Shown here: piece by piece, positions 1-14,794 of the stretch
How positions within the stretch are numbered: position 1 is the first letter of the stretch
Layout of the letters: each line of letters opens with the position of its first letter
NCBI RefSeq assembly: GCF_002113885.1
Contig: NW_018403833.1
Span: forward strand, 62,001-126,000
DNA from: Mizuhopecten yessoensis
Taxonomy: Eukaryota
DNA: 64,000 nucleotides
Reading direction: 5' to 3'
Program-made: the position numbers and the translations under genes
The notes under the pieces: generated by a model
Database searches by the model: none
Told to the model about the DNA's origin: nothing
Seen by the model: only the letters and a program-made list of their open reading frames with translations

Positions 1-569
1 AATAATGTAAAGATCTGTAATCTCCTCTATGTATAATCTTAGGTCCATAGAGCTGGAGGTTATTGCTTAGAGATGACAGCTTATCGTGATAACGAGGGTG
101 TTCATTGGTCATTTCGTCTTTTTAAGGACTTTTCACAGAACTACAAATGATTTTATAACACGTTTCAAAGATTTTTTCAGAGAAATAAGATAATATCAAG
201 ACAGAAAGAATGGATTTTTAAGATGTTGCTATAAAACTGACTAAAATACAGGCACTGTAAACAAAAACCATTTTTCATACCGCCAAGCTCTTTACCATTT
301 GTTTTCATTCCAAGTCGCTTAAAAGTCTCACACTTATAAAAATATATCGCGATTCAGTTCAGAAATTTAAAGTGTTACTTTTTGTAATTTGCATTGCTCA
401 TTTAGCGACTTCAACAGTAAATAAAGAAGCAGTTTGGAACGTAATCACAAAAATAAACATCAGTCATGTTTAAGCAACATTTTTTTCATAAATTTAATCT
501 AAGTTGGCTGAAGATTAACCATGTTATATTTATTACTATTACTTTTAATATTTATGGGCGGATTGGTCT

Positions 570-846
570 TAGGCGGCCGGGGCTCAATCCCAGAGGTCGT
601 CGTGCGCATGGATATTCAGAGAAAGTGTTTTTTCTCCTGCCCGCCCAAACAACTCCAACAACCCAGGTGGGGTATAAAGTGGTCTGGGGTAGATGTTGCG
701 GTAACTGTGCTGTAGCATTCAAGTGAGGGGCACTATAAATGATGCCGTTGGAAGCACGGTCCCAAAGTATCGTCTGCTGGACAACCGAACTACTCGGCAA
801 TGAAGCGAACGTAAAACCTATCTATCAATCAATCAATCAATCAATC
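570..846 (+). mobile_element. Degenerate tRNA-derived SINE (Meta-core-like) ending in a (TCAA)n tail
   Basis: B-box-like GGGCTCAATCCC at the start; CAAGTGAGGGGCACTATAAA resembles the core of the SINE at 14795-15160; GAACGTAAAA is followed by a TCAA microsatellite. Confidence 0.5.
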
Positions 847-984
847 TGCACGGTCCCACTACAAACAGAACACATTACATCTCCAGCACACACACAGGCA
901 TACACATATAGTGAGATATCAGCCAGGTGGCATATGACTAGTAGTTAGCGCAAGACAAGGCAGCTTCTACGAATTCCTCAATCA

Positions 985-1115
985 TTGTAATGCTTAATGT
1001 ATATGCTAATTGTATTAATTGTATATCTTTGTACTGTAAAGCGCTTTAGAGTGGCTTATGTTAGCTAGATAGGGCGCTATATCAAATGTTGTATATCATT
1101 ATTTTTATTATTTAT
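985..1115 (+). mobile_element. 3' tail of an L2/CR1-type retroposon
   Basis: TGTAAAGCGCTTTAGAG...GGCGCTATATCAAAT followed by a TTA-rich tail, a typical L2-class 3' end. Confidence 0.4.
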
Positions 1116-2384
1116 GAAATACTCCGTATTTTGTGAATCACCGATTGGAATCCCGAGATGTATAGCTTAAAAGGTTACACAAGGTCTTTTCGAGTTAATA
1201 TGATTGTAACGGCTTCTTCCAACCATCTACCTATTTCAGAAATAAACGCACTTCACGATAGTTAGATGATTTAATTTCAAACTGAAAGCGGTCATTGAAT
1301 CGTAATCTGTGTAATTGTTAGTTCTCCGTCTGTTTTATGCTATGAAGTATATTTTCGATACCTATACAATAATTTGCTCCAACATGCACTCTTGGTTGCG
1401 TAATTGTTGATTTATGATATTACATAGTGAATATAGAATATGTAATTCATAAATATGCAATGATATACTTCAATATATACAATATTATCAGAGCATGCTT
1501 TCAAATTGTGTTTTGAAATATGCCGCGATGTTTATTGTTGCATTTTTGTTAAACAAACACTATTTCTACATTTATTTAATGCAAACGGAGTTACCTCCCT
1601 TATATCTTCCAACACCTCTATCTTTCGATTTAAGTTGAAAAAATGTTTTTATATGACGGTTCAAGATGTGGCGCAGAAAATCTTACCTTTGAAAGACACT
1701 TGCGATATTAAAAAAAAAATCAGTGTTTTTTACTGTCGATTTCGATCTGTGATCTTGACGTACTGTCTTAGGAAAACGTTTATCCTTCCGGAACACCTGT
1801 TCTTGTTTTCCTTGGACATTTAAAACACCACTATGTCAGTCTCTCCCCTGGAAGATACTTTCCGTCGATTCATTTTTAATTTTCAATTAAGACTTTTCTT
1901 TACTCTTCGGTATTGCCTAATGCTTCATGGTATTACGAATTTTCTATATGTGTATTGTGTTTTACATAAATATATCAATTATATTAGTTTAACAATAATA
2001 TAGTAATCTACAATTATAGCTGTAGATAATGAAGATCATCTCTGGAGGTTTTGGTATGTTTTGTTATATACCATATACTTATATACTAAATAGTATTAAA
2101 CTCCACATATAACGGTGCTAGTTTTAATTTTTTGAATTGACTGTAGAAATACACTTACAAAGTAGTTAGTTTCACTTCCAATCCTATCTTCAAATTGTTT
2201 AAAAAAATGCCAGTTTCAACAATGATGGATCAATATGTAAAAAGTATATTAGTGCAGTCATAATAAAATATAGCTTTACGCAAACTACGAACGAGCACGC
2301 CTGTAACGCTTCAAAGCACACAAAATCAGCGTATATATATATAAACTTTATTTATTTAACAACAATTATGTTATTTCAACTTAT

Positions 2385-2571
2385 ATCAATCACTCTTGTT
2401 AGCTCGCATGTTAGCGGGGGGGTATCTTAGTGTAGGAGGAAACCGGAGTACCCGGAGAAAACCCACGTAATCGGGCAGGCGACCCGAACTTTTCATGTCC
2501 GATCGGGGAATCGAACCCCGGCCGCCTTGGTGAAAGGCAAGTACGCTATCCACTGCACCACCGATCACCCT
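2385..2571 (-). mobile_element. tRNA-derived V-domain SINE
   Basis: Minus strand has the A-box GGTGGTGCAGTGG, the B-box GGTTCGATTCCCC and the V-SINE core GTGGGTTTTCTCCGGGTACTCCGGTTTCCTCCTAC. Confidence 0.75.
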
Positions 2572-4195
2572 TAAAATCAGCGTTATACCAGAACGTCAAG
2601 AAAACATCGATTAAAAAAAGGCGAAATATGATAAAATTAAAGATTTACAAGGAGACCTATGAAAAATAACAATAATAGAATAAGACCAGGTGTTCCGGAA
2701 GGGTAAGTATGTTGTGCTCCATCGATGACCCCTGCCATGTAGATATAGGTAAAAACTCAAGTTTACAGGTTACTTTACAGGTTTACTTTTAAAAGTGAAA
2801 TTGTAGGACTTGAAAATGTTTTTGTTTCCAGCACTGACAAGCACTTTATCAAATACAGTCGCGTATGAAATACAGCACATGTTGGTCAGAAGAGGGGGGT
2901 AGTTCACTTTGTTCCTATATGAATGTCTACGGCCTGGTGGAAAATGTCAACAAAGACTCGAATGCTAGGTATATATACAGATCGCAATAGGCAATACAAG
3001 TTAAGAGAGTGTCGTACCGCTGCAAAAAAAATAACTGTGAACCGGAATGTTTTGTTCACGGTATGTTTTGTTAACGGTATGTTTTGTTTTAAACATTTAT
3101 CAACAGAATCATAGCTTGCAGAACTTAAATGACAAAATAATGAAAATGAATTAAACAAAACAAGATATCAACTGAGTGTTCCGAGTGTAAAAATGCGGAA
3201 TCCTGGACGTCTGATTACAACACGGTCACTCTAACCCACTGAGTTATCTGATCAGTGATGGGTGCCTGGTCCTGCTCGACCTAAACTAAAACTATAGTGG
3301 ACCTATGTAGTGTTTTGCCTGCAGTACGCAATAGATCCTTTATACAGTTTTATACAAATTGTTACAAGTGAATCTATTTTATTAATTTTCCTATGGATTG
3401 CAATAGACCTCTGCAGCATCCCCTCATGGTAACCTCAAGATTATTCCTGAGATATCACTGAACTGGAACATGAGAGATAACGCTGGCCTTCCAGGCAGGT
3501 CATCACATACATTCCAGTTTGTAACTAGGTTACAAATGTGTAAGCAGGTTCTAGGTTCCCATGCTATCTCGTGTGTACGGCACATGGAAAGTAGTACTTT
3601 CTCTTATTCGGTACGATCGCACTCGCTAGGGTCATTTAGAAGTACGATCACGCTACCATTTAACATGGATAAGAACAGAGTACTAACTTTGGTCTAGTAT
3701 TTGGTTTCAAAACATGATCGGAAAATCTATGGTTATTTTAAAGAACAAGCAAGCTAAAATGGCCCAATTTGGATATCAAAATAGTAGTGCTCGCCCTGTA
3801 ATATTTTTAAAATGATGGTGTATCACCCACTCCACACACTTACACAGTTAATTTAAGAATAAGTTACGTTTTGTGTCCAAAAGATTTTAGCGTTATATAG
3901 GGTTTTAAGGTACTGCTCCCTTTCGTTAAATTTGCTTCCTGTGTTACGGAACAGTTAGGACTTTGATTATTTTCACCTCTGGTACCATTGAGTCCTATAG
4001 AGAACGAAATGACCAGCTGGTGCAGTAAAAGCGTTACTTTGGATTTCTGCATCGGAAAATAAGTTTAAAATAGGGGCGTCCATATTTCATATTTCTTAGA
4101 TGACATTGAAGGATAAGTCCACTCCGACATGTTGGGATAAATGTCGCATCGTGCTATCATTATGTGGGTTACAGCAGGCATAGCGTTTTCCAATG

Positions 4196-4713
4196 TAACT
4201 TAAGTAACAGGTTAAACACATGTAGAATTAGCTTAAAGTAACAGGTTTAATAACATTATCTTAAAGTAACAGGTTTAATAACTTTATCTTAAAGTAACAT
4301 ATTTAATAACGGTATCTTAAAGTAACAGGTTAATTACATGTAGCATTATCTTAAAGTAACAGGTTAATTACATGTAGCATTATCTTAAAGTAACAGGTTA
4401 AATAGCATTATCTTAAAGTAACAGGTTTAATAACATTATCTTAAAGTAACATATTTAATAACAGTCTCTTAAAGTAACAGGTTAAATACATGTAGCATTA
4501 TCTTAAAGTAACAGGTTAAAACACATTATCTTAAAGTAACAGGTTTAATAACATTATCTTAAAGTAACATATATAATAACAATATCTTAAAGTAACAGGT
4601 TAAATAGCATTATCTTAAAGTAACAGGTTAAATAACATTATCTTAAAGTAACAAATTTAATATCATTATCTCAAAGAAACAGGTTAAATATCATTATCTT
4701 AAAGTAACAGGTT
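4196..4713. repeat. Minisatellite, ~28-bp unit CATTATCTTAAAGTAACAGGTTAAATAA (some longer variants)
   Basis: AAAGTAAC recurs at 4561, 4589 and 4617, and so on. Confidence 0.9.
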
Positions 4714-5961
4714 ATAAATAAGATGTACAATGGCGATTGGTCATAGTTTTTAAATATTTATAAATTAAACAGTTGATTATAATATGTAGTGAGATATTAA
4801 TAACATATATGTTGTGAATATCTCCCAAATGTTGATCCCTATATTTAAAAAATAGCAATTGTCAATGATAAACAAGTCGTGCTGATATATGATATACAAG
4901 AACGAAATATCCCTGTGAGATTTTGTTTTGCTGACAGAGTTCCGGTTATGCTAGGCAACCATACACGATACGGTTTTTTTATTTATATATCCAACATTCG
5001 TGTGCTAGCCTCGTCACGTAGACCGCACGGAGAACATTACCACAGCCGTGCTGAAGGAAGGGCAAGGTTAACTCAGCCCTCGTTTCACTGACTACTCTGA
5101 TACTAAATCTGGATCTTGAATAGGTACATTGAATGGTGTTTACTTCATTTTGTAGACGGATACGTGAAATCGTTATTCGTTATCAATATCAGCTGGGAAA
5201 AAATCATTCATTTGCTTTTTTAAACAAATTAGTTTGCATGTTCGGTTTGCAAGCAGCATAATCTAAAACATGGACTGCCATTTTCCTTGACGTAGGAATC
5301 TAAGTTTGTTTAAAGTTGTCTGGTCTCACAATTCAGTCTCCTGTAAATGTTTCATATGCTATTTTGGTCCTCATGTTTTCATGATTTTCTTATCTTTTCT
5401 AAGTGATTTACACGCTGTAGTGACCAGTCTTATTGCTCTGTTTTCTTGGTATCTGGTCTATCTATTCCACATGGCCATCTTTCAATGTTTAGTCTCGCCA
5501 TTTTAGTCTCCTCTAAAAGGTTCGTCTCGCTATTTTGGTGTTCTTGAATTTTTCAGTCTCGCTATTTTGATGTTGTTTTAACTGTATGGTCTAGCTTTTC
5601 CGGTTTTTGTTTTCCAACCCGTTTCATAATCTACGTTATCGTTGCTTAAATATCCAAATAAAGCTGGTGTATGTATGATGGCTTTTGGTTGGGCGAAAAG
5701 TGCAATGTAAATTAACGGCACGATTTCCGACTTGTGGTATTAGGATGTAATTAATGCACACAGCCTTACAAACAGCAAAAACGTTGACAAGTTCTTCAAA
5801 TAAATGCTTGAAAATATAACATAAGGAAACACCTGTCCAAAGACATAGAATATTGATGCAGACGGCTAAACAAAGTATATCATTTTGTCGCACAAAAGGA
5901 TATAGCACTACAAATGATTATATTAATTATTCTAGTTAACTCTATAATACTCTAAAAGAAT

Positions 5962-6307
5962 CATCCTCGATATCCAGGGGTAACACTCACTTTTGCTCTC
6001 TGCACCCCTGGAATAGCAAACTTGAAGGCTCAGTGTGCGCCACCTGGTTGCTGAGACAAGAAGACTAGTTCAATCCTTTGATGTACATTAAAAGAATCTC
6101 GCGGTCAGGTAACGGTAAAAAATGACAGGCTTTGAAGTCGGGCGTCTCTCCTTTGTAATCTTCAAAGGACATGTATCAGCCTAGCGATTGGTCAGTTTTT
6201 TCACCCAAGACCAATCAAACTGCTATCTTTTTGCCTTCGATTTTGCTATGACATATTCCAGGGATGTAGAGAGCAAACGTAAGCGTAAGCCCTGGATATC
6301 GAGGATG
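5962..6307. mobile_element. MITE-like element with ~50-bp imperfect terminal inverted repeats
   Basis: CATCCTCGATATCCAGGG...CCCTGGAAT at the left end; ATTCCAGGG...CCCTGGATATCGAGGATG at the right end; non-coding interior. Confidence 0.7.
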
Positions 6308-7354
6308 GGTAAGAATATAACTATATATATACTTATATAGAGAGTTTATACGAAATAAGGTTATATGCAGTATATTTTTCATTCCATTTCCTCACGAAGG
6401 ATTTTAGTCAACAGAAAAACAATTCGTTTCCTCAAAAATAAAAATAATCAAATTTCCTCCAAACATGTGGATTATTTCACAACAATTCACAACCCCCTTA
6501 GGAAAACCGTTCCTATATCATAATACGCTGTCTGTGTTTACTCGATTCCTGTATTTTAACACGAAGTTAATTTAGGAGTTACCACTGAGCGTTGGTTATA
6601 TTTTACCTTTTTAAAATTTGTCAAGCGTCACAGTTCCTTTTTCCAATATCAATCACCAGGAAACGATAATTCTAGAATTACGTACTAGAATAATGAAAGA
6701 TAGTTTAGACATAGCTTAACAATGATAGGTAGAAACAGTGTACATTAAGACCAATCACGTTCACTTTCGATGTTTTGATAATGTTCGTTCGATTAACTGA
6801 AACAAGTTAAACTTATTATTGAAACAAGTATTGTTCGAAATTGATACAAATATATAACCAGGCACATGTTGGTTAGCGCATGTGATTTATTTTGAATATT
6901 GTTTAAATAAGTGCATAGGCGAATTTCAGACTCTATCATTTACTATTCGATACGTCACTACAGGAGATTTACGTAATTATTTGCTTCTGAATGCAAAATT
7001 AATGAAGCATTCTTGTATTAAATCGCACATTTTCGTCAAATGATGTCCATACTTTGAACCTTACACACCCGTTTCAGTAACAATTTCAGATTAGTTTGGT
7101 TCAAAAGTCAAAACGAAAACAATAGTTTAACCCTGGAAGTGGAGTTGGCCTTGATACAAATGTAGTACACATTCATTTTCTACGTTTGATTTTCCCTCAA
7201 TATCTGCCATATCATAGAGACCCGAATAGAGTCAATTTCTTATCGACCATATTTTAGTGTTTGCCATTCATAGAAACATACATATGTGCGCAAGTGCGGT
7301 CTAGGATTACACAGCAGAGTGAATGGTTACAGTTTTCAGTACTACGTTATAGTC

Positions 7355-8441
7355 ATGACTCTTGCCCTAACATTACGCTTGGTGTCTTTGAGATTAATCG
7401 TCACACATTTACGAGCTGCACATGTACAGCAGTCAAGCCGTACATATGTCGATACTCTCGCGCAGAGGGGGAACCCGGGACTACGGGCCCCCAAAAAGCT
7501 GTGGTGGGCCAAGGAGCTGACGCCCGATTTTCACGTCGCTGGCAGGTTGTCCGAACGACAGATCAAATACGCAGCGGACGGAGGATTTAAAAGTATTGTC
7601 TCGTTGTATCATTACGATGAACCATCCAAAATCGGAGAGGAATATCTCCCCACGAGTGAGGAGGCTGCCGCGATAGCGAAACAATCCGGACTACAGCATC
7701 GGGTCGTATTGGAATCCGGAAACTCTGATTGGGCTTCAGTCCAAGCTGTGGATAAGTTGTCTGCCATTATGCCGACCCTAGAAAAGCCGGTTTTACTCCA
7801 TTGTCATCGTGCGTATACCATATCATTTGTAACCATGATGCACATGGCCAATGCTTCAAAACACAACCCTAATTACAAACCTCAAGTCGACATTCAAAAG
7901 TTCTACAAGATGGCCGCCGCCATGGGGATAGATTTCACCATGGACTTTACGCAAAAAACTGCCGCAGAAATCACCGGCGAAGAAATTCCGGAGAATTTGC
8001 CGACACCAAACGTGGTTCCCAAGGTTTGGTACGACTACTGGATGGCCCACCCCGTGTACAAAAACTGGTACACGGCTGGCCAGATCCGTGAAAGTCACTT
8101 AGAAAAGTTACAAATGGACGGCTTCATCCACGTTATCAACATGAGAATGGGAGTTGATGACGAAAACGGAAATCCTTCTCAAGAGCAGGTAACTCTCATC
8201 AATGTCAAAGACGGTACACCGACGTACGGAAACAAAGAGACTGGACCGCGACAAATACCGAACACCTTGAAGAATCTTGTCGTTGACTCTGAAAAGGACA
8301 ATTCTTATGTGGCCAAGGATTCGAACGCCAACTTCGAATCGAGAAACCCAGGAGAGTTCGGAGACGAGATCGGGTATAACGAAGATCGGGAAAGACAAGT
8401 TCTGGAAAAGGCAGGTTTCCAGTATCATCACATGCCAGTCT
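7355..8441 (+). CDS. Tandem DUF442/Blh-like (PTP-fold sulfurtransferase/phosphatase-like) protein, large coding exon 1A. Encodes a putative signal peptide, domain 1 and most of domain 2; probably splices to 19676.
   Basis: ATG at 7355 (MTLALTLRLVSLRLIVTHLRA), open frame, motifs AGRLSERQIKYAADGGFKSIVSL, PVLLHCHRA, TAGQI...GFIHVINMR and EKAGFQYHHMPV. Phase-1 donor GTAAGT at 8442. Colinear with exon 1B at a constant offset of 9750. Confidence 0.8.
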
Positions 8442-10689
8442 GTAAGTATTACTACCAAATATTTGTTTTATGTATTTATGAAAGTTTGATATCATTGCAT
8501 TTTGTGTGTCACCAAACACTTCTCTTTTATTATATTATGTAACTGTTGCTGAAGCGTTTCAGTTAATGTAGTGTATATTGTTTACTCAAAAGCAGCACGA
8601 GAAACAGATTTTTGATGTTGAAACACTTGGATACCTGGTCGGCTTACTGAAGAAGAATTCACATCACGAAAATATATGTGTACTTGTTATAGATATCGAC
8701 CTCGTTTGTGCTGCAACATCTTCACTCAATCAAATGTGATGTTCAGGTCATTGGATAACATCAGATCCGTTATGCAAAGAGCATGCAGACTTGTGATATA
8801 CAATTCTAAACATATTTACTCTGTTTTGTTTGTTACATTCGTAGAGATGATTTCCTAACAAAGGTCTTTAATATTACGCATAATCATTAGGTAAACATTA
8901 CAATTGATATGATGATGGGTACTGCAGTGAAAAGGTATTCTATATTGTGACAAATAGTGTACTGGTGCCAATATTGTATTGCGTCATTTAGACAGCAAAC
9001 TAACATGGCATCATTTTGTGTAAAATCCTGAAATTTTAACTGACTCCGGTGTTAGATTTAGAATGTTTACCACAAATCGATAAGAACCAAAAATCACCCC
9101 ATCTTTAGTATCGGTGTCACAGTTATGGCATTTCGGTACTTTTTGAAAGAGTTTAACGAACTTAAAATCTTTTCAACAAAGTCTTTGTCCAAAAACAATG
9201 AAATATCCAAGGAGGTCCATAGCAACTATTTTACCTAGATAAAAAAAATATATATATATTTTTTTTTTACCTGTGATGAATTTAGATCCGATTTTATAAC
9301 ACAATCGATTTTATATCTGGCAAAGGTCTTTCTTCTACAACGAGTCTAGTAAAATTTTAAACAATTTTAAAACAAGAAAAGTTAACACACCTGTAATCTA
9401 TTTACACTATGTTACCTGCACAAACTGTTTTTGTGGTACAATCGTGCATAATCATCAAGCCGGATCTTCAAGGCAATGTTACATACCTGGGTTACCTGTA
9501 TATTTCAATGTTATCCCATACTGATATATCTTTTCTGCTTCAGTTCCTTTGTAATGTTTTATAAAATTCTTGCAAAGTTTATTTTTAAACGTTTCGTAAA
9601 AAGGCTAAGTCATGTGATCTCATTTGTAGCAAAAATAAATGTCAGTACGGATATGATGTTTCTTTTATCTTAAAGTTTCATTCATAATTGTGAAATCACC
9701 AGTTATATTCATTCCCATAAATTTTTGGCCAAGTCATGGCAGTTAAATAATGGAATGCTATAATACAAATAAGACAAATAAATGCAATATGTGTTCAACA
9801 ATTCGACAACATGTCAACAAATGTCAAGAGATAATCAATTATTTTGTTGTCGTTTTTTTCTTTTTTTTTCTTATGCTACTATTTTCCTTTTTTACAATTG
9901 TAAGCTACGTTTATTGCGAGCAGTCAAACATGTCAGTAATTAGGACAATAGTATAGCTGACTAAGTACACATCTGTATTTTATTTTAAGATTTTAATCAA
10001 CACCACATTGTTGTTGTGGTTTCTTTATTGGGAATAATTACTATTACCCCTTACTTTAAGTTATTATATCTCTACCTAAATTAGCGAGTGTGTGTGTGCT
10101 GATTTAATGATATGTTATTGTAAATAATATTAACTATTGAATGGGGTGGTGAAGATTTAAATGATTTCGTGAAAATTCTTAGCTGCTCTGAGATATATCA
10201 TAAACGTCGAAATATGTTAGCAATATTAGATGAAGACCTGTTTATTACTGAAGGTTTTTATTATGAATACAACAATGTAATTAAAACTAAAGTCGTGTAT
10301 TAGAACAAATTCAAATACGTATTTTCCAATAATTTTGACAAATGTAATAATGTACATTTCACCTTTCATACTCAGTTTTGCATGTCTGCGTGTGGTCATG
10401 GTATCTTAGCAACTGGAACGAAAGGACAGATAATACCCTTAACAATTATCATTTGTTATCGTAAAATGTATTTTTGGAGAGAGAAAAGTGTTTTAGATGA
10501 AAATGGTTTACAAGGTCGATATAATTTGAATTAAATACTTATATGAGTTTTGGATGCACATCAATTAAATTGACTCACGGTATGTTTTCAAAAATAATTT
10601 CAATGAATGGAGATGATGACTTAAAATGAATGATTCAGCAACATTACTATCACATATATTAAGAATAATGTTGCTCCGATAATTTGACA

Positions 10690-10812
10690 CAGAATAATCA
10701 ACATCATATAATCAACACCTAATAATCAACATTTAATAATCACCATTTGATTATCAACATCATATAATCAACATGTAATCATCAACATGTAATAATCAAC
10801 ATTTGATAACCA
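10690..10812. repeat. Short degenerate tandem repeat (~14-bp ATAATCAACAT unit)
   Basis: ATAATCAACA recurs about 8 times. Confidence 0.6.
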
Positions 10813-13800
10813 AAATTAAATGTAATAAAGGAGCTGGAATAAAGTAAACCAGCCTAATTTCTAACTGAATATCATTCATCGGATACTCTTTACCATCTCT
10901 ATTCAAATCGAGATGCTTTCCTATATACGCAATGGTGTATGCATCGTTATTAACTGTCTTCACACAAATAATGATACTGCATTTTCGGACATAATCTATC
11001 TGTACGAGATTTGATATAAACTACGGGTTGCTTTCCTATACGCGCAATTTTTAAATTGTTTGCACATACATTTGAAATAAAATAAATATTCACACAATAA
11101 GTGATGCCTTATCTCTGTCAACGTCAGGACAAAAACAATATTTTTATAAAAACGAGATTTGGTCACATGCATGTGCATAAAGGCAACAAACATATGGTAA
11201 TTTTTTGGCATAAAAAGGTAACTTAATGTCAAATGGCTAATTCGAAGTGCACGTGATTTTTATTTAGTGCTGATGAAAAGCTCTGCACTTAACATTTATC
11301 ATTAAGGAACTTCATCGCACTAAATCAGTTTAAGTGTACATGTATGCAGTGTTGTAAAATTTGACTGTTTGAACAGTTAAAAGCTCAAGGTCAGGTGTAA
11401 CGAATGGCATATTGTGAGCTCGCTTTTAGCGTCCTATAATGTACACCCGAAACGTGCATGTGTAAATATCCGGTGTCATGTACGAAGCAGGGTGCACGAC
11501 CCATAATCTATTATGCATGTGATATCAGGTTTGCTTTGCAGATGTAATTCCCCTGCTACCAAGAATTTTACATGTTACCTGATACCATTTTCCCCTGTGA
11601 TAGAACACAGGACCGTTCTTTATTTGACCTTGTGTTAATATTAAATTTCTGCAAACTTCGAAGAGACAGTTTGTATTCAGAGTTTGGTAATGATAATTAT
11701 TTGAGGTTCTTATGTTTCATATGTTTTTGATTGGTGGTGTTATCCATTATCGGTAGTGTGACCGGGTCGAGTGTCACTCTACCGTGTTCATGCTATGGCA
11801 TTTATGGCAAACAAGTATCTACCACCAAAACAATAATGTTTCAGGGAATGTGCAATAGTAGATTTTACAATATATAATATGCTAAATCCTATTGGGATGA
11901 GCTTTTGGATTTAAGAGAAGCATTTTTAATAACGACTGATTTTTACAATACTTCCTATCGAAGTGGTATTCAGTGCTTGTAAGTTGGGGTTTTGTTTGTT
12001 TTTTTCAAATTCAGAAAACCATACAAACTGTCACCGTCAAATGTCCTCCACATTAGTCGCCTCTCTTACGTACAGGTAATGCAGTGATATACTGCAGTTC
12101 TATTGATTCCCCGCATAAACACATGTAGTTACATATTGATAAAAAAATTGGTTGGCAAATGTTAACTAAAAATCTGAAGACGATTTAATTGCGTTGAGTA
12201 CTCACCTAAAAACGGCGCAGTTTTCTTGTCAAGCGTGAAGTTACTAAAATATTTAAGTATGGCGTCAATAATTACTTTCTTCAGTAGGAACTTTCTTAAT
12301 ACAGTAACGTTTCGAAAATATGTAATTGACACAGATAAAAAAAAAATCGTTGTATACCCGAAAATATCGGTTTTCTGTAATACTCATGAAAAATGTGTGG
12401 AACATGAATTTATTCGAATACACTAAAACATATCACCAGTACTCTGGGTAAAATAACAGCCAGGATTACGTGAGGTCATTGCTTGTTTAAATGCTAAGAC
12501 GTGTCGTGTAATCCAGGGGTGTATTTTATATAGAGGCTGTATGTAGACTCATACCAGCGTCGTTGGTAATGAAAGTGTGCAGCCAAATATAATGGGTCTG
12601 GGTAAAACGCTTATCACACTTAACATACACTAACCCTAGAGGAGATGATACTACGTGCTTTCTGATACAAAATTCACCAAATAATTACCTTACTACCAAC
12701 CAATATTGTGTTACATTTTTGTGTGGTTCATGATTGCCACAAGATTGCATGATATATTTGTTTATTGTGAATATGTGTGTGTAAGTTTCACAATAAATGC
12801 GGTTTTATTTTATTGTTTCACAATACATTGCAAATTTACAAATATTTGTATTAACATAGACAAAAAATACTTACCAGCACCCGTCGGTGTTCTTTATATA
12901 TACATTCTGTTACTTTACCAGGGTTCTCTATCGGAGTTGTCTCGAACTACGCTTAAGAATAACTACGGTAATGATAGTTATTTTACCAACTATATACATA
13001 ATTATCTGTGATAATTTAAGATACGTTCTTCGTGTTTAACACGTGTCCACGGTGTCTTGCATCACTGGTGAATGACATATATATAACAGCAGGTTTAAAG
13101 ACGAGTTCAATCGCGATATAAGAAATGCTTCACCGAAGGTTTTCTTCTTCTGGAATGTCATGGTTTTGTGTTTTGTACTAATACATTCTCAGCTCTTCGG
13201 CTGTCTAAGCACTTGCATTTCGACTTAAATAGTCTTTCGTTCAATAATATATAAATGCACCGGGTATATACTTCAATGAAAAAACCCATTGTATTCTGCC
13301 CGTAAATTGCTGTTTGGGAGGAGTCATGCTTTGCTTATAATCGATAAGTACACATCAACAGATGCAAAAACAATCTTGATAGTCTTGATTTTTTGCGGTA
13401 CTTGTATAATATTTCATACTTGGTTAATTTTTTTAATAATCACATGATGATTTTGATATGGTTTGAAGTACATAGTTATCAAAAAATATTTCAAAATGAT
13501 CATTATTTGGCTCCTATATACCGAGGTAAAATATTGATCGACGAGAGGATATGTTTACATTCCTCTGTTAGGTCAAAGAAACCACGAGTTAGATTAAACA
13601 GTTACTGTTGCCTCTCGTACAGCTCTCGAGTCCATACTCCCAAGGCTGAATTCACAATTTGTATAATAAGCAAACTGTAAGATAAAGTTTGAATTACTAT
13701 GATGATTGAAATATAGCTACGCTGCATATTTATTCTGAATTCATAGAAAACACCATTTTAATAGAGACGCATTATTATTTATGCATTTTTTTTCTCTTAT

Positions 13801-14794
13801 TCAATGTTTGCACTCTTAACTATTATGGCTATTCTTGTTTAGCACTATATAGGCACACATGTATTGACACTGTATTATGTCTTAAACCCGCTTATCTCTA
13901 ACCCGCGTGTAGGTACAGTAGGTGCAAGGGACATACATATGGCCCATCTAAACGCTGGTCTGGTCTGGTTCCTCGGTCTGGTCCGGTGGAATTTTATGAC
14001 TTTGATTATCCTGTCTGCTGTGGTTTGACTGTCATGAGTCTTGGCCTAATCCAGGTCACAAGTTCATGTTGAAGCAAAGTTAGCGAATAAACTAAGCAAC
14101 ATTTTGTTTATAGAAAAAATATAAAGGGAAACGGTTAAGTTGAAAAAATATTTATACAATGACTTTCAATTGACATAATGACATTTATTGGACATCGAAA
14201 CTCTTTTTTGTCTAATCTTGTTTTATCAGTCTAGTTTCAAACTATACATTTGCTAAGCAAGTGGGTCGATTTTTCATCAAAAGCAACCCCGAGCTAACAA
14301 CAATTTTAACAAAACTGCATATCACCATGCCTGGGCTCAAATGGTTACCTTGCAAAACTCTCTAAATGTATTTTTTTCATTATTATATACAATGTAATTT
14401 GGATATCAAAATCACAGTTCAACGATAAGAATTTATTTATAGTACATAATATTTTACACAAATTATATTTTAATATATTGTATTTTAAAATCAAATAATT
14501 CTTATCTCGCAAGCATTGTAAACATTTAACACAAATGTAAAATTTATCTATAAGTGAATAAAACAAACAATATCTCTAGATGAAGGTAAGATTCATTCCA
14601 AATAATCTTTGTTAATGGTCAAAGATTCACGTCAACGCTCTTCGTTCACCTGATACATAAGCTTATGAAATATAAGGCATAAATTCATGGTATTCGACAA
14701 GTAGATTTTCAGTATGCATACACGAGCTTGACCCATACTTAATGCCTCATTGGTTGAAAGTGTAAACGTCTTCAAACTACCACATTAAAAGAAT

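Noticed and set aside
2495-2571. tRNA-like sequence with A and B boxes
   Set aside because: It runs directly into a V-SINE core, so it is a SINE head rather than a tRNA gene.
7355-8441. Bacterial contamination as the explanation for bacterial-type domains
   Set aside because: The genes have conserved spliceosomal introns, a signal peptide, KDEL and sequons, and are embedded among animal SINEs.
8442-8542. C-terminal hydrophobic tails of ORFs 7286-8542, 17090-18310 and 33810-34910 as membrane anchors
   Set aside because: They are intron read-through after conserved GTAAGT donors, and homology between paralogs stops exactly at the donor.
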